This document shows, piece by piece, positions 24,540 to 36,800 of a stretch of DNA of 64,000 bases (position 1 is its first letter; the number at the start of each line of letters is the position of its first letter). The translations under genes and the position numbers were made by a program. The stretch is from positions 2,046,001-2,110,000 of the forward strand of contig MU053881.1 of the NCBI GenBank assembly GCA_013239625.1, in the 5' to 3' direction. The stretch comes from Lama guanicoe (taxonomy: Eukaryota). The notes beneath the pieces are model-generated. The model was not told where the DNA came from, searched no databases, and was given only the letters and a program-made list of their open reading frames with translations.

Positions 24540-27500
24540 CATAAGAGTAAAGTTAAACTTTACTTTACAGTAATTTTTTTTTCTATATACAAAGAATTAC
24601 AGTACATGTTTATGGGGACTCCTAGCACAGGGCTCCCCTCTTTTTCACTAAGTTTCACTTACAGCTGACAATCTGGGGGGGGTGCAAAAAAGTGATGGAC
24701 CTCGGCTAACACCCCCTCTGCCCCTTTCTTAAAAATATAAAGGTAGATCTCTACTGTCAGCTTGCTTCTTTGCCAAGACCTAGAAAGCTGCTCCTCCATG
24801 AGCGCCGTGTGTGCTGCACTCGCCCATCCTCAACACGCTCACCTACACGCACACACAGGCAGCACCCACCTCAGACTAGAGACCGCCTGCTGTCTGCCCC
24901 TACCCTGGAAGTCTAAAGCACCAGAACCATTCATTTCTGCTCCTACTCCCTGGGTTCGCTTCCTGTCTGCAACGTTTTGCTCAATTTCCAGAGTGTTACA
25001 CCTGAGGCCCCTCAACAACCTGATGTTTTGAGTCATGGGAAAGTAGCTCTAGACAAGGGAACATGTAGGAGTTTAACATGTGCTGTTTTTGCTTATGTTG
25101 ATAGGAAACATTTCTTACAGGCTGTGGATTTCTAATTAAAATAAACTCTTTCCACTTCCTTAAGAAATACTCTCCTTAATCTTCATAAGCAGCAGAGAGG
25201 CTCCCATGAGCGTGGAAGAGGTAGAGAGGGGCAGAAGGTAGCCGAGGGAGACCCCACCTGGAGCTCTCTACCAACCTGATCAGGCAGTGTGGACGGAGGC
25301 TATGGACAAGGTGACACCAGCCCTGAGAAACTCAACAGCCGCCCTCATCTGGAGACAGCATCTCTTCCACCTTTGGACTGCACCAGACCACCCCAGGGTC
25401 GAGCGCAAGATTCACCAAGACTCTATCTTCTCCTTCTCCATTCAAGCCTCAAAGAAACCGTTCTACCTAAGATCTCTTCCTCCCAAACAGGAACCTGAGT
25501 TTCTCAAGTCACCAGTCCCTCAATACTTGGCAGTGCTTATTTATACCAGGAAATTAGCACCATCATTACATTTCGTATGTGTGTACAAAGCAATTATCTA
25601 TTCTTTTTTTCAGTTTACAAGCAACCTCTGGCCCTGCTGCACTAGCCCTAAGAAGCTCGGCAGGGAGCTAACTGGCCACAGCCAATCGAGGTCTCACGCA
25701 GCAGCTACCTAGCTCTAAGTGGTCCGGAAAGTCTAACACATGGGAACAGCTCCAACATCCTTCAGCAGGAAAAGGAGCTTGTGGCAGCTCCTTCCTTGCC
25801 ATAATCTCAAAGAGGTGAGGACACTGGGCTACTCTGATCTCCTGGCTGACAAACCCAGAGAGGATGACAGTCTCCCTCCCAAAGCCTTAGAAAACCGGCT
25901 TTATAGTTGCTGAGGGAAAAAAAAATCCATCCACATTTAGTGCTCTCCTGATTCTTCTCCACAGGGGAAGCTGCCAGGACCAGATTTCCTTCCTGCCACT
26001 CTGTTCTCACAAGGCAACCTGGGAGTCCGCTCCAGTGAGTAGACACTGCCAAGCCTGGGAAAGGATCGCTGATGCACTTCATGCCCCGACTATAGTGTGG
26101 GGTGGAGGATGTAAATAATAAAATAATTATTTTCATCAATGCTAATGATGTAGACATAGCAGTTGTTCAGAAGAGGATCAACGCAGTGACTTCAATCACT
26201 TCAAGCTGAGTCGCCTCAGGGGGAAGCAGACATTTAAAACCTTGGATGCTTGGGTAACAGTGACAACCGTTCTGCTACTAGGACGTGTTTGCTCCAGTAG
26301 AAAAACAAAGGAGGCTTTAAATTCAAATTTCAACACTTTCCATCATTTTTTTCTGACTTAATGGGGCTAGGAGAGAGATTAGTTCTCTAGCTAGCTATGG
26401 AAGCGCTGGCTCCCCTCTCAGAAAGGCTTCTTGGGGGATAGGCTTGGACAAGGCAGGCTAGGCTCTCCTACTAAAGTCCTGATTTCCAAGCACTTGGCCA
26501 AATGCCAAAATACCATCCTGCACAAAAATGAAGAGTTTCTAAGAGTAAAGATTTCCTTTTAACTGCTAGTTCACAGCCCTGGAGAAAAGGTCTCAGTAGA
26601 GGCTTTAGGAGAATCCGCAAAGGCTCCTCCCACACTGTCACGCAAGAGTCTCACTTCCTGAAAGTCCTTCTGACTCTGCTTCTAACTGTACAGTGACTGC
26701 TTTTATGAAGTTAACAATCTAGCATCAGATGCTGCTGTCAGTGGGCCTGAGAGTTGAATGTCTAATTTCCAATCAACCTAAGAGTCTCTCAGTGGCCCTC
26801 AGGAAAGCCTGGCTGTCCATCCATTTAAATAAAGAACTACTCCCAAACCAAGCACAGTTCAGAAGTTGTTTCCCAGGCAGGGTTGGAAGGAAGCTTCCAG
26901 TGAATGGGGGAGAATGGAAAAAAACTGAAAAAACCCACGAAGTGGCTCACTGTTCCCTCACTCCCTCCTGTCCTGTGAGACATATCCAGAGCGGCTGTCA
27001 AGTCATTTACCTACCAAAGCCTACTTCAGAGAAGCTACTTCAGGATCAAACTTCTCCACTTAAAATGTTTACATAGCCTGCACCCCCCCCAAAAAATTCA
27101 CAGTTTATTTCATGAAACAAAGAGCTACGGTAATTTAACACACAACATAGTGAAAAGAGGTTCTGACAGTGCAGTGCGGTATCTTCTTCTGATCACTACA
27201 GATGACAGGAGAGAAAAGGGCACAGGACTGGCACCACACAAGCCCTACTCGTACAGCCTAAGAGCAGGGAGAGGGACCTACTAGCTGCAGTTACATACTT
27301 ATCCTCACACATGATAAATACTTAATATAACGAACTTTCACGTTCTGGGTGGATTTCTTTAAAAATATCTTCTCCATGGTTTAAAATTTTTTTAAAAGAA
27401 AATAAGATGCTTTGTTTTCTCTTCCTCTTGAACAAAGAGCTTTTCCTCTCTGATGATGTGGGAAGAGAGAGAGGATGAAAGGGGAGAACTAGGCAGGTGG

Positions 27501-29304
27501 AATTTACAGAGGAGATTCCGAGGTCTAAGTGAGATGCAGGAATTGGCCCCTAAACTCAGGGCAGCCCTGCCCAGCCTCGTGCCTCTGCCTGAGTTCAAGT
27601 GTCTCAACCCCAGAGACAGACTTTGGGAAATAAAAGCAAATTCTTTTTAAAATCTTTATATAAAGCGCAAATGCTTCTATAACAGCTATTGTTCCCTCCT
27701 TAGAAATGATGGGGGTAACCTCAATAGAAACTCAGGAGGAAACTGGGACGAAATACAGAATTCTGTTGAGGGTGTAAAAGCCATAACTGAGACAGAATGG
27801 CCAGGAGACGTCCTGTTGGCTAAAGCTGCTGGCTAAGTTGGCAAAGCGTAGAGGTAAACATGTTTGGTCTAGGGACAAAGAGGGGTGGGTAAACGGGAAG
27901 GAACTGGCCAAACAGCACTTCCTGTCGGCAGTCAGTGAGCTGGGTGACTGGTAGGGCAGGGTAGCACCAACAGATTCCCAGCCCTTGGGCCCCAGCTCAG
28001 GGCAGCAGTAACAGATAATCAGCAGTTAGGAGGAGTCATCTCTCACACTGGACATTGCTCTGAACACCACACCTTGCCAGTCACAGGGGAAGGGTCTGGC
28101 TTGCCTTTGAACTAGGTCAGCAGGAGGTGCACTCAGTACAGAGCACAGCATTTCTCAGGGAGAGGGTGGTAGAATCCACTAAAGAAGACTCCCTCCGTTC
28201 AGGTAGAAGGTCCAAGGGTCAGGAGAGAAGTAATACCACATCAGGACCTGGCACCCTCCCTGAGCTGGTGGTGGATCTAGCCCAGAGCTTGCCAGAGATT
28301 CCCTAGGTCCACTGCCCGAGACTCTGAAATCTGAAAGCACCTGAGTGTTTGGGGGACAGGCACGGGGTGGGTTGATGTAAAAGGAAGAAAATCTGTAGAA
28401 AAGAAACGTAAGCTTGCCAGTTGCCTTCTTACACTGAGGGAAAGCTATGTCCTCATGAAGCCCAGCCCCCAGCCAGCTGTTCTGCCAAGGACAGACTTCA
28501 GACTCTGTAGCGCCCAGGCAGAAGCAGCAGCGGCTGCCCAGCTAAGAGCCCCAATTGGCTTTGATGCAGCCCCCACCCCGACCATAGAGGAGACCTCCAC
28601 ACAAGCGCGCACAGGTGCAAACCCACACGTGCACACCTGACCAGGAGACACTTACTCAAAACAACCACTTCCGGGGCCACAAAGGACATCACAGAATGAG
28701 TCTGGAGACCAGAACCCCTCAAACTTCCTGTTATTTCCTGGTCAAAGGTTCTTAAAAACCACCTGGGAACCCAGGCAGGCATGTTAGGCTCCCAGGGATC
28801 AGGTCTTATTTATCTGTGGATCTCCTGCCAGTGACTAGCACCAGGCCTACCACACGTGAATGCTCAAGAAATCACCACCGGTTTGAATGGATGTCAGTTC
28901 CTCCCAAGGGTTCATCAGGTACCCTCAGTGGAGCTCTGTAGGGCTACAGAAATAGCTTTGAGAGCCCTTCTACCTTCCAACCTGACCAGCCGAATTGAAT
29001 CCCATGCTTGACTCCAGAGTGGACTCTTTATTTCAAGTTGACCACGAGTAAAGGTTGGGGGAAAGAGACCCGAGTCTGTCTGTCTCCTTGGCCAGGGCCC
29101 ACTTGGACCCCCATACATGGTTCACACAACCACAAGCCCCCACTGGCTAATGTCACGGGAGTTCTGAGTGTTGGGATGTAAGGAAAGAGTAACAGTGTAA
29201 AAGTGTTGGGGATCTGTCTGTTTTTTAAGAGGGGAAAAAGAAAGATTTCCCTTCCCCAAAGACCCTGGGGTCAGCTGGTCTGGTCATGTGACATTTACTG
29301 GTTA
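24540..29304 (-). other. NSD1: NSD1 3'UTR (~4.8 kb), distal signal AGTAAA at 24559-24564
   Basis: Apparently repeat-poor sequence after the stop; minus-strand AGTAAA with TGTA upstream and TGTGTTTTGTTTTGTTTT downstream. Confidence 0.65.
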
Positions 29305-30932
29305 TTATTTCTGTTCTGACTCTGCACACTTGTGACTGGAAGGAGCCTGGTTAAGAGCTGGAAGTGTACTTTGCTCTGGTTTAGGGTCTTGCCCTCGTCC
29401 AAGAGACCAGCAAGTCTGTGCCAATGTCTGTGTGCTCCCGGAGGACCAGCAAGATTGAGCCAGTGTCTGCCCAGCCACCATGGGCCAGAACCCTGGCCCT
29501 GGTGAGGCCTTTCCCAGGGCCCAAGGACTCTGATCTGTGGTTGCCAACTTCTTCTCTTCCGTGGAGAGGGAGGATGAGGCCTTCCCAAGAGGCCTGAAGG
29601 ACTGCCCACTCCTGGCAGCAAGTCCAGGTAGTTGCTGGCCCCCGGCCATCTGCTTCACCTGCTTCACCAGGCCTGGTGCTTGGCTGGGAGGCCCTGGGGT
29701 CTGCTCAGCCCCTGCAGGTGCTCTTCCTGAGGCCTGAGTTGCTGGCTCATATAAAAAAGCCTTGGCAGGGGACTGAGAAAGAAGTCTGGCCTGGGTGAGT
29801 GATTTAACAGCTTTCCAGGAGTGCTCCGAAGCGGCCACAGCTTTGCCTGGTGGCTGGAGGACAGGATCTGATACGCTGCCTCTCTCAACAGCTCGCGGCA
29901 TCTGCCCCAGACCTTTGCTGGCAGGCCACGAGCTCGACTCCAACACTGACATCTTCTCATCAGCCTGTGGTGGGACCTCACGGGGAGAAGCTGCCCGATC
30001 CTTCTGGCGAGGAGTTAGGTCTATGAGGTCCATAACCAAAGCAGCTCTATTCTTTGACTGAGTGTTCTGGTCCACGGGCCTCAGCGCTTTTTCTTTAGCT
30101 ACCAGGGTCTGGACCACAGCTGACAGCACTTTGTCAGGAGGTGGAAGTCTCTGGGACAGAGAGGCATGGGATTTCTCAGGGGGCCTGTCTAAAGTCTGGG
30201 GTTTGGGACTGCTGGTGACTAGCAGTCTCTCTGGTGGTGGGAGTCTCAGGCCAGAAGGGACTGGGGTTTTCTCCAGCGACTGTGGCCTTGGGCTGGCAGC
30301 ACCTATGGATTTATCCAGCCTTGGGTCAGCTGTTCCCAGAGGTCTTTCCAGTGGTTGGGACCTGACTGAGGGCGAGGAGCTTGGGCCAGTCACCGGAGAG
30401 GGTTTGTCAGACAGCTGGGGTCTTGGTCCTACCACTGCAGGTGGCCTGTCCAGTGGCTTCTGGCTGGATACCAAAGACTGGGGTTTGGTCCCTGACCCAG
30501 CAAGGCCCCTGACCCTGTCCACAGGCTGGGGCCTGGGGTCAGTTCTGTCAGGTCTTTCAGGCAGCGGCGGCCTCTGACAAGTCCCTGCCAGAGCTTTTTT
30601 GGACAGCGACAGCGTCTGATTGGTGTCAGCAGATGGCTTGTCCGACGTCCTGGGCCCCTGAGCAGCCGCTCCTGGTGACTGCTCTGCCAGGCGAGCGCTC
30701 GGGCTTGGAGACAGCGGTACTGGGGGAGGTACATACTCACGGATCTCCCCAGGTTCCAGAGGGTTGGGCCCACAGGGGTCGTGCTCAGTACAAGACAGGC
30801 GCCCGTCCAGTTTGGAGATGAAGAGCATGCCTTCCCGGTGCTGCTTGCAAAAGGAGCTGGGGCACATCTCACAGAAGGAGGCCGCTTCCTTCCCGCAGAC
30901 GTCACACTGATGCCAAGGGCACTCCCATTTCC
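29305..30932 (-). CDS. NSD1: NSD1 terminal coding exon (exon 23 in human numbering): C5HCH plus Pro/Ser-rich tail
   Basis: [29 protein letters not shown]...HKCAESEQK*; acceptor TTTCCAG. Confidence 0.96.
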
Positions 30933-33813
30933 CTGGAAACACAGGCGTGAAACAAAAGCTTAGGAAAACAAGACGTGCATATGAAATGAGATGGGCCATG
31001 GCTCTGGAACCAGGTCAAAGGAGTGATTTCAAACTGCTGCCTTCTGCAGAGAGCGCATGCCACTCACCTCATACCTCACTTCTCCCAGGATCTCAGCTTC
31101 ATCTTCTGAAAAAACGCATAACACCAAGTATCAAGTAGCAACTGAGTATCAATTAAGAAACAAACAGGAGCACATCCTGATTTCGGACTATTTCCAACAA
31201 GGGAAAAAAGAACCAAAACAAAACCCAAAGCTCCCCTTACATGGAATATGAAGAAATTACATATTTTCACAAACTCCATTTGTCCTACACAGTTCAACAC
31301 TTGAGGGGAAAATTTCAGCCAACTGAACTGCTTATTTGGTTATTATTAGGAACAGCGAGCAGATACACAAAGGCAAAAAATGGAAGCAGATTTACCTTTG
31401 AGCTCAGTGTTAAGCCTGGAAACTAGCACAACCTTTATCTGTGTTGTCCACACAGAACCAGCAGGAAAGACCCAAAGCCAGCCTGAGCTGCTCTCTTTTG
31501 CTGCCACTTCATGACACCTGAGTCTCTGCCATGGACAGTGTTTCCATCCCAGCTCCTTCCAAGTAAATTATGCTATATCTCACTCCTGGATCCTAGGCAA
31601 GATCACAGCTCTACCACAGCCCATGCCAGCTACACCTGAGTAACTGCTTCTGAAACAATTCCGTTTCCACTTCCTGGCACTGAGGTCAGTGTTACGGCCT
31701 TGCTCTCACACTACCCTCAGTTTCTGTTATTTCATTATCCTGGCAACCACAGAGTAAAGGAAAACTAATTCGGGGACAAACTGCTCTCACCCCCACCCCA
31801 AAGTTCTGGAATTCCCAGAAGCAGGCCACTAATGATGCATAGTATCACCCAGAATGGTTTTTCACCTTTGTCATTTAAAACTGATGGCATATCCAAATCC
31901 TGAAACTCCTCTAATGCCAAATCACCACATTAGTGGTGGTTAGTGATGACTTCTCCAGCCACAAGTTCCTGCGCACCACATCTGTCTGCACAGCTTCTCT
32001 TGTGTTTACTAACACAACTCCATCTCCTTCAGAGAGGAGTGGGCTGGAGGCTACAATGACCCCAAAGCTCCACTCTTCCTCAACCCCTTTCTATAGAGAA
32101 CAAACATGATTTAGTGGCTCTGAAGTCAGAAAATCTGACTTTCAATCCAGCTCCTCCATCTCTATGCGCTAATGTGACAAGTCAGCTCCTCAGAATGTGA
32201 CTCCGTTTCTTCATCTGCATCATGAGAAGGTGGAAAGGTCTCTTCTTTATGGGTTGCTGGGAGGATAAAATAACATAAAATAAAATGCATGACCCATAGC
32301 AAGTGAGTTTTTTTCCCCTTCTCTAAAACCTAGGATTCTAAGCCTTTGCTGTCATTTATTTTGAGAGTGAGAACGTGGACCACACCCCTCAACACTATGC
32401 ACAGGAAGACCAAAGCTTCTGAGAATTCTGGCAAGGAGCACTCCAAATGGATTTCGGCACCAACCTGCTGGTCGCTTGGTTAGATTGAGACAGTCTGCAT
32501 GGTAAACTTTGGGGCAGCCTGGCTTCTTACAGGAGACGAGCTGGCCAGCATCCCCACAGCTGAAACACTCATCCTCTCGCTCCTTTGTGATTTCACCCTG
32601 GGTCCTGCGTTTCCCCTGTTGCTTCTTCTTGAATTTCTTTGTCTTCTCCTCTGTGGCAATGGGCTGATTCTAAAAGGTCAAATATTGAGCAGTCAGCATT
32701 CTGTTAACATATTAGTTTTATGATCTTGAGCAGACCAGGTTAACTACTCTCTCTGAGCCTTGGTCTCTCCTCTGGGAAGAGACAGTCCTCACAGACTATT
32801 GTGAAGATAAGAGAAAATGCAGGCAAGGCACTGGGCACGTCACAGGTACTCGACGAATGGTGACAGCACGAAGTGTGCTTGGTACCAGCCACTCCTGCCA
32901 CTTGGATGAAATAAAAAATGTGCCTCTTTTTGTTGATACACAGGCTGGTGTTAAGATCACCCTTTAACAGTAAATTTAAAAACCAGTTTGTCTAATTTCT
33001 AAACTAAGGAAGACTTCTCTGGGTGTGTGTGTCACACACATTTCTTAACTGATTCAACAAACCTTCACTGAGCACTTGGTATCAATCATGTGCTAGAAAA
33101 ACACAGAAAACTAATTCATGGTTCCTGCCCTTGATAAGCTATGCATCTTAATCAAAGTCAGATTAGGCTCATGTCCACCACTCCCCAAGACAGAACCTGG
33201 TGTAGTCAGCAGGCCTGCTCTGTGCTTCCTGCAGCCCGTACTTGGTCAAGGTTTTCATTACATTATTTATCTTGGCCGAGAAACATCCAGGACCAATCCA
33301 ATTTACCGCTAGCCCACATTTCCAAACTTCTGCTCCTGAATTCCTCTTTCACTGATTCATGTGTGAAATTCTACACAGACCTTAAGGATACGGAAACCAA
33401 CACCCCAAGTGGACCTAACATCATTAAACTGTTACGATTTTAATTTATAGGAACTAAGTCAACTGGACATCTTAAGGATCAAGACAATTTAACCAACCAA
33501 CTAAAGAAAAAACCCCAAATTCCAATATATTTTTTCTTATTTAGATAAAAGGGTAATTAGTGGGTGTTCTTCATGTGTTATTGCTCAAAAATAATTACCC
33601 TTTTAAGGTACTGGTTCCTAAGCTAACTTGCATTTTTCAGTTCTTAATGTTGACTTCACAATCAAAAAAAGCATAATGAGAGAAATACCCAATTGGAGTC
33701 ACTGTGTAGTCTCCCTTGCATCAAAATTAAACCACAATTTTCAGTGTGCTGTTACTTATGATAGAGGAATCTGGAAGTACCCAGAGGTTCACTTATTATG
33801 GTCTGCCCATTTT

Positions 33814-33846
<33 letters not shown>

Positions 33847-36800
33847 TAAAAAAACTAAGTCACAAAAAATGATGGTTAAGAAAGCTGTGATAGTAAGGAA
33901 CACATTTTAGAATATTTAAGAGAAGCAAGATACAGACTTGTAAATAGCTCTTTATAGTTCTAGGATTGTAATTCAGTTAGAGTGCACATTAAAAATCAGG
34001 AAGATACAACAAAGCTTATATTCTGCTACATGGTTAAGATTGAGAGTCCTGTTTTTCTGCAGTCTTATACTACATTTAGAATCTTAAATTCAATAGCAGA
34101 TTCTTTAATATCTTTAAAAAGGCAAAAAAAGAGAGAGACTGAGAGTCTAACTAGCTCATTAGGAAATGCGAATGAGATCAGCTGAGGACCAATGGGAAGT
34201 ACCTTGCTTTACAGATTCCTATTTTACAGTTTCTTTAGCTAGAAAGGTATCACCAGTTAGAAGTCAGATTGCTCAAAACAACACCCAAAGGCCTTCTCTG
34301 GTGTAACTGATGACGAGTGGTCCTACTGACAACTACTCAATGTCATTATTTCAAAGTGTTATCTTCTTAAAATAGTCCTGCCACCAGTCAGGGAGGGAGC
34401 ACCACACCATTATCCCTGATGCAAACATTTGGAAAGTACCTTTGGCCTTACACCCAAAAAGCCACTGCAGTTCGGGGCTCCACATTTGCAAACAGTCTTT
34501 CCATTCCCAAGACATTCTAGGTTGTAGTTGAAGGTAAGTTCAGTGCCTGCGTAAGAAACCATGAAAATATTAATATCTGTGGTTTTAATTAAATTATTTC
34601 TATATTAATCACAAAAGATACTGACTTCAAGAGAACACATTAATTTTAAAAAGAGGATTAAAATGATGTATTAACTATAATCCCACTATAGTAATAAAAT
34701 ATTAATAAATTCTTTTGGGGAGGGGAGTAATTAGGCTTATTTATGTATTTATTTCTTAATGGAGGTACTGGGGATTGAACCCAGGACCTTGTGCATGCTA
34801 AGCAGGCACCCTACCACAGAGCTACACCGTTCCCCTTATAAATTCTAATCATGTAACATTATCAATCAGCTAATAAAACTTAATAACAGGAAAACTTACA
34901 TGACTTAACAAGTAATATTTAGAATGACTTTTACTATAGGGGGTGTTAATTATCCCAAGTTTTTCTTTTATTTTTTGTCTAACCACTCAGATTTGAAATA
35001 TATTAATTCATTACCAAAAAACACAAACAAATGACAACTTATTGATATGCCAGGCACTGGGAAAGCAAATACAAAGGAAACCTGTCAGTCTATGCCAAGG
35101 TGAGTACCTGGCAGCACTCATTTGAGAGACATCTCAATACAGAATAATACCAGAGAACTCTGGACCAGAGACCTAAGCCCTGGCTCTACCTCCCAAGTTA
35201 CACCACAATCTAGCTGGGTGATCCGAGCTCGAGTCCATTTGTTAAATATAGAAATAATAATCTGACAAGCTTACTGAGAATGACATAATGCATGCAGCAG
35301 TGATCTGTACACATTAATAAGAGATGTACAGATTTAAGGTACAAAATGTCCCCTTTCTGTCACAAGTACATTTCATCAAAATTGAGAGCAAATAGAACAC
35401 ACAAACATCCAAACTAGAAGCATGTTAGGGAAAGCCTAGCAAATAAAAGAATTTCATATGTGCATACAAAGAGGCTGTCTCTGGGTGGAGGTAATGGTTC
35501 GCTGTTAACATATAAAGTGATAACTTGTGTGATCAAAATTATCAAAACTTACCAAGAGTCCCCACTGCAAAATGACACATCTTCTATCAGTGAGACTAAT
35601 ACACACACACACACACGTGTGTGTCTGTATATATATAGGTTTTTTAGTCTAAATTGGAAATAGATCTATTTATTTGGCCGAGCAAATTATAAAGCAGCTG
35701 GCATATATTTAGAAGTCCAAATGGTACAAATACTAGAATCATTTATGGCCTGGTTTGAGGCTCACAATGTGAGGAGCCCACAGGAACCAAGACTGCCCAA
35801 CGTAACAGCAAGGTCGTATCTCCCTTCTCACACCCACTGTTAACTTAATGGATTGAATGATGGGTAATTCCATTCACACTATTCTTATCTTATTAAAAAA
35901 ATTATGAGTATATAACTGAATTTTCATAAATTTAATGTGCTTACAACACATCTCAACCAAATACACAAGAATAAGATAGCAGGATCCTTGACATAACTTC
36001 CTGCTTACTCAGGATCCACTGTGTAAACACAACCTCACGGGGGATAAATCAGAAGGTACCAGAGTGCATACAGGAAAGCCACTCTAGAAAAGAGTCCAAA
36101 ACACAACAATCCTTGAGGTGTGTACTTCCTGGAACAGCAAAGGGCGCTGCAGAAGAGACAAACACGGTGTGAGCAGGACATGTGGGAGACAGAAGTAACA
36201 GGTGTGCGAAGAGCCTGTGAGGCTGGATGCGTGAGGAGGAGGGCAAGCTGAGGGTTCTGATTCCTTTCACAAGGCTGGGCTCCTATGGGCATTCTGTCTC
36301 ACCCCCACGCCCTCAACTTGTGTAGACTGGGAGGACAGGAACAAGGTCTGTGAATTCCTACACCACATTACCTGAGCTAAACAAATATGGGAGAAGAGAA
36401 ATTTGTCGCTAGACATCATACCGGAGGCCATCCCCATGGTCACAGACTGAAGTTCCAAGCAGAAGTGTGCTACTAAAAGCAGTCAGGACAGAGAGAAGGA
36501 CTGAAGTCACATGACTTAACATCTAATGAATACAGAGGAACCCTGCCTCCCCACCCCTCTGTGGTGGTTAGAAAGGAAAACAGAAAAAAGAATGAGAGAT
36601 CAGATCCAAGAAGCCAAGTAACACAGGTATAATACGACATGCTTTACAGCACACTTTTGTAAGGATTAAATTAAATAATATGCTTGGAACAGCATCTGGC
36701 ATTGGATAAATGGTAGCATTCACTAGATAATTCCTATTACAAAGCAGAAATCTACCCAATATACTCCTGAAGCCATCCATTCCAAAAGCCTGATACAAGT

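Noticed and set aside
29537..30963. Plus-strand ORFs opposite the NSD1 last exon
   Set aside because: Antisense shadows of coding sequence
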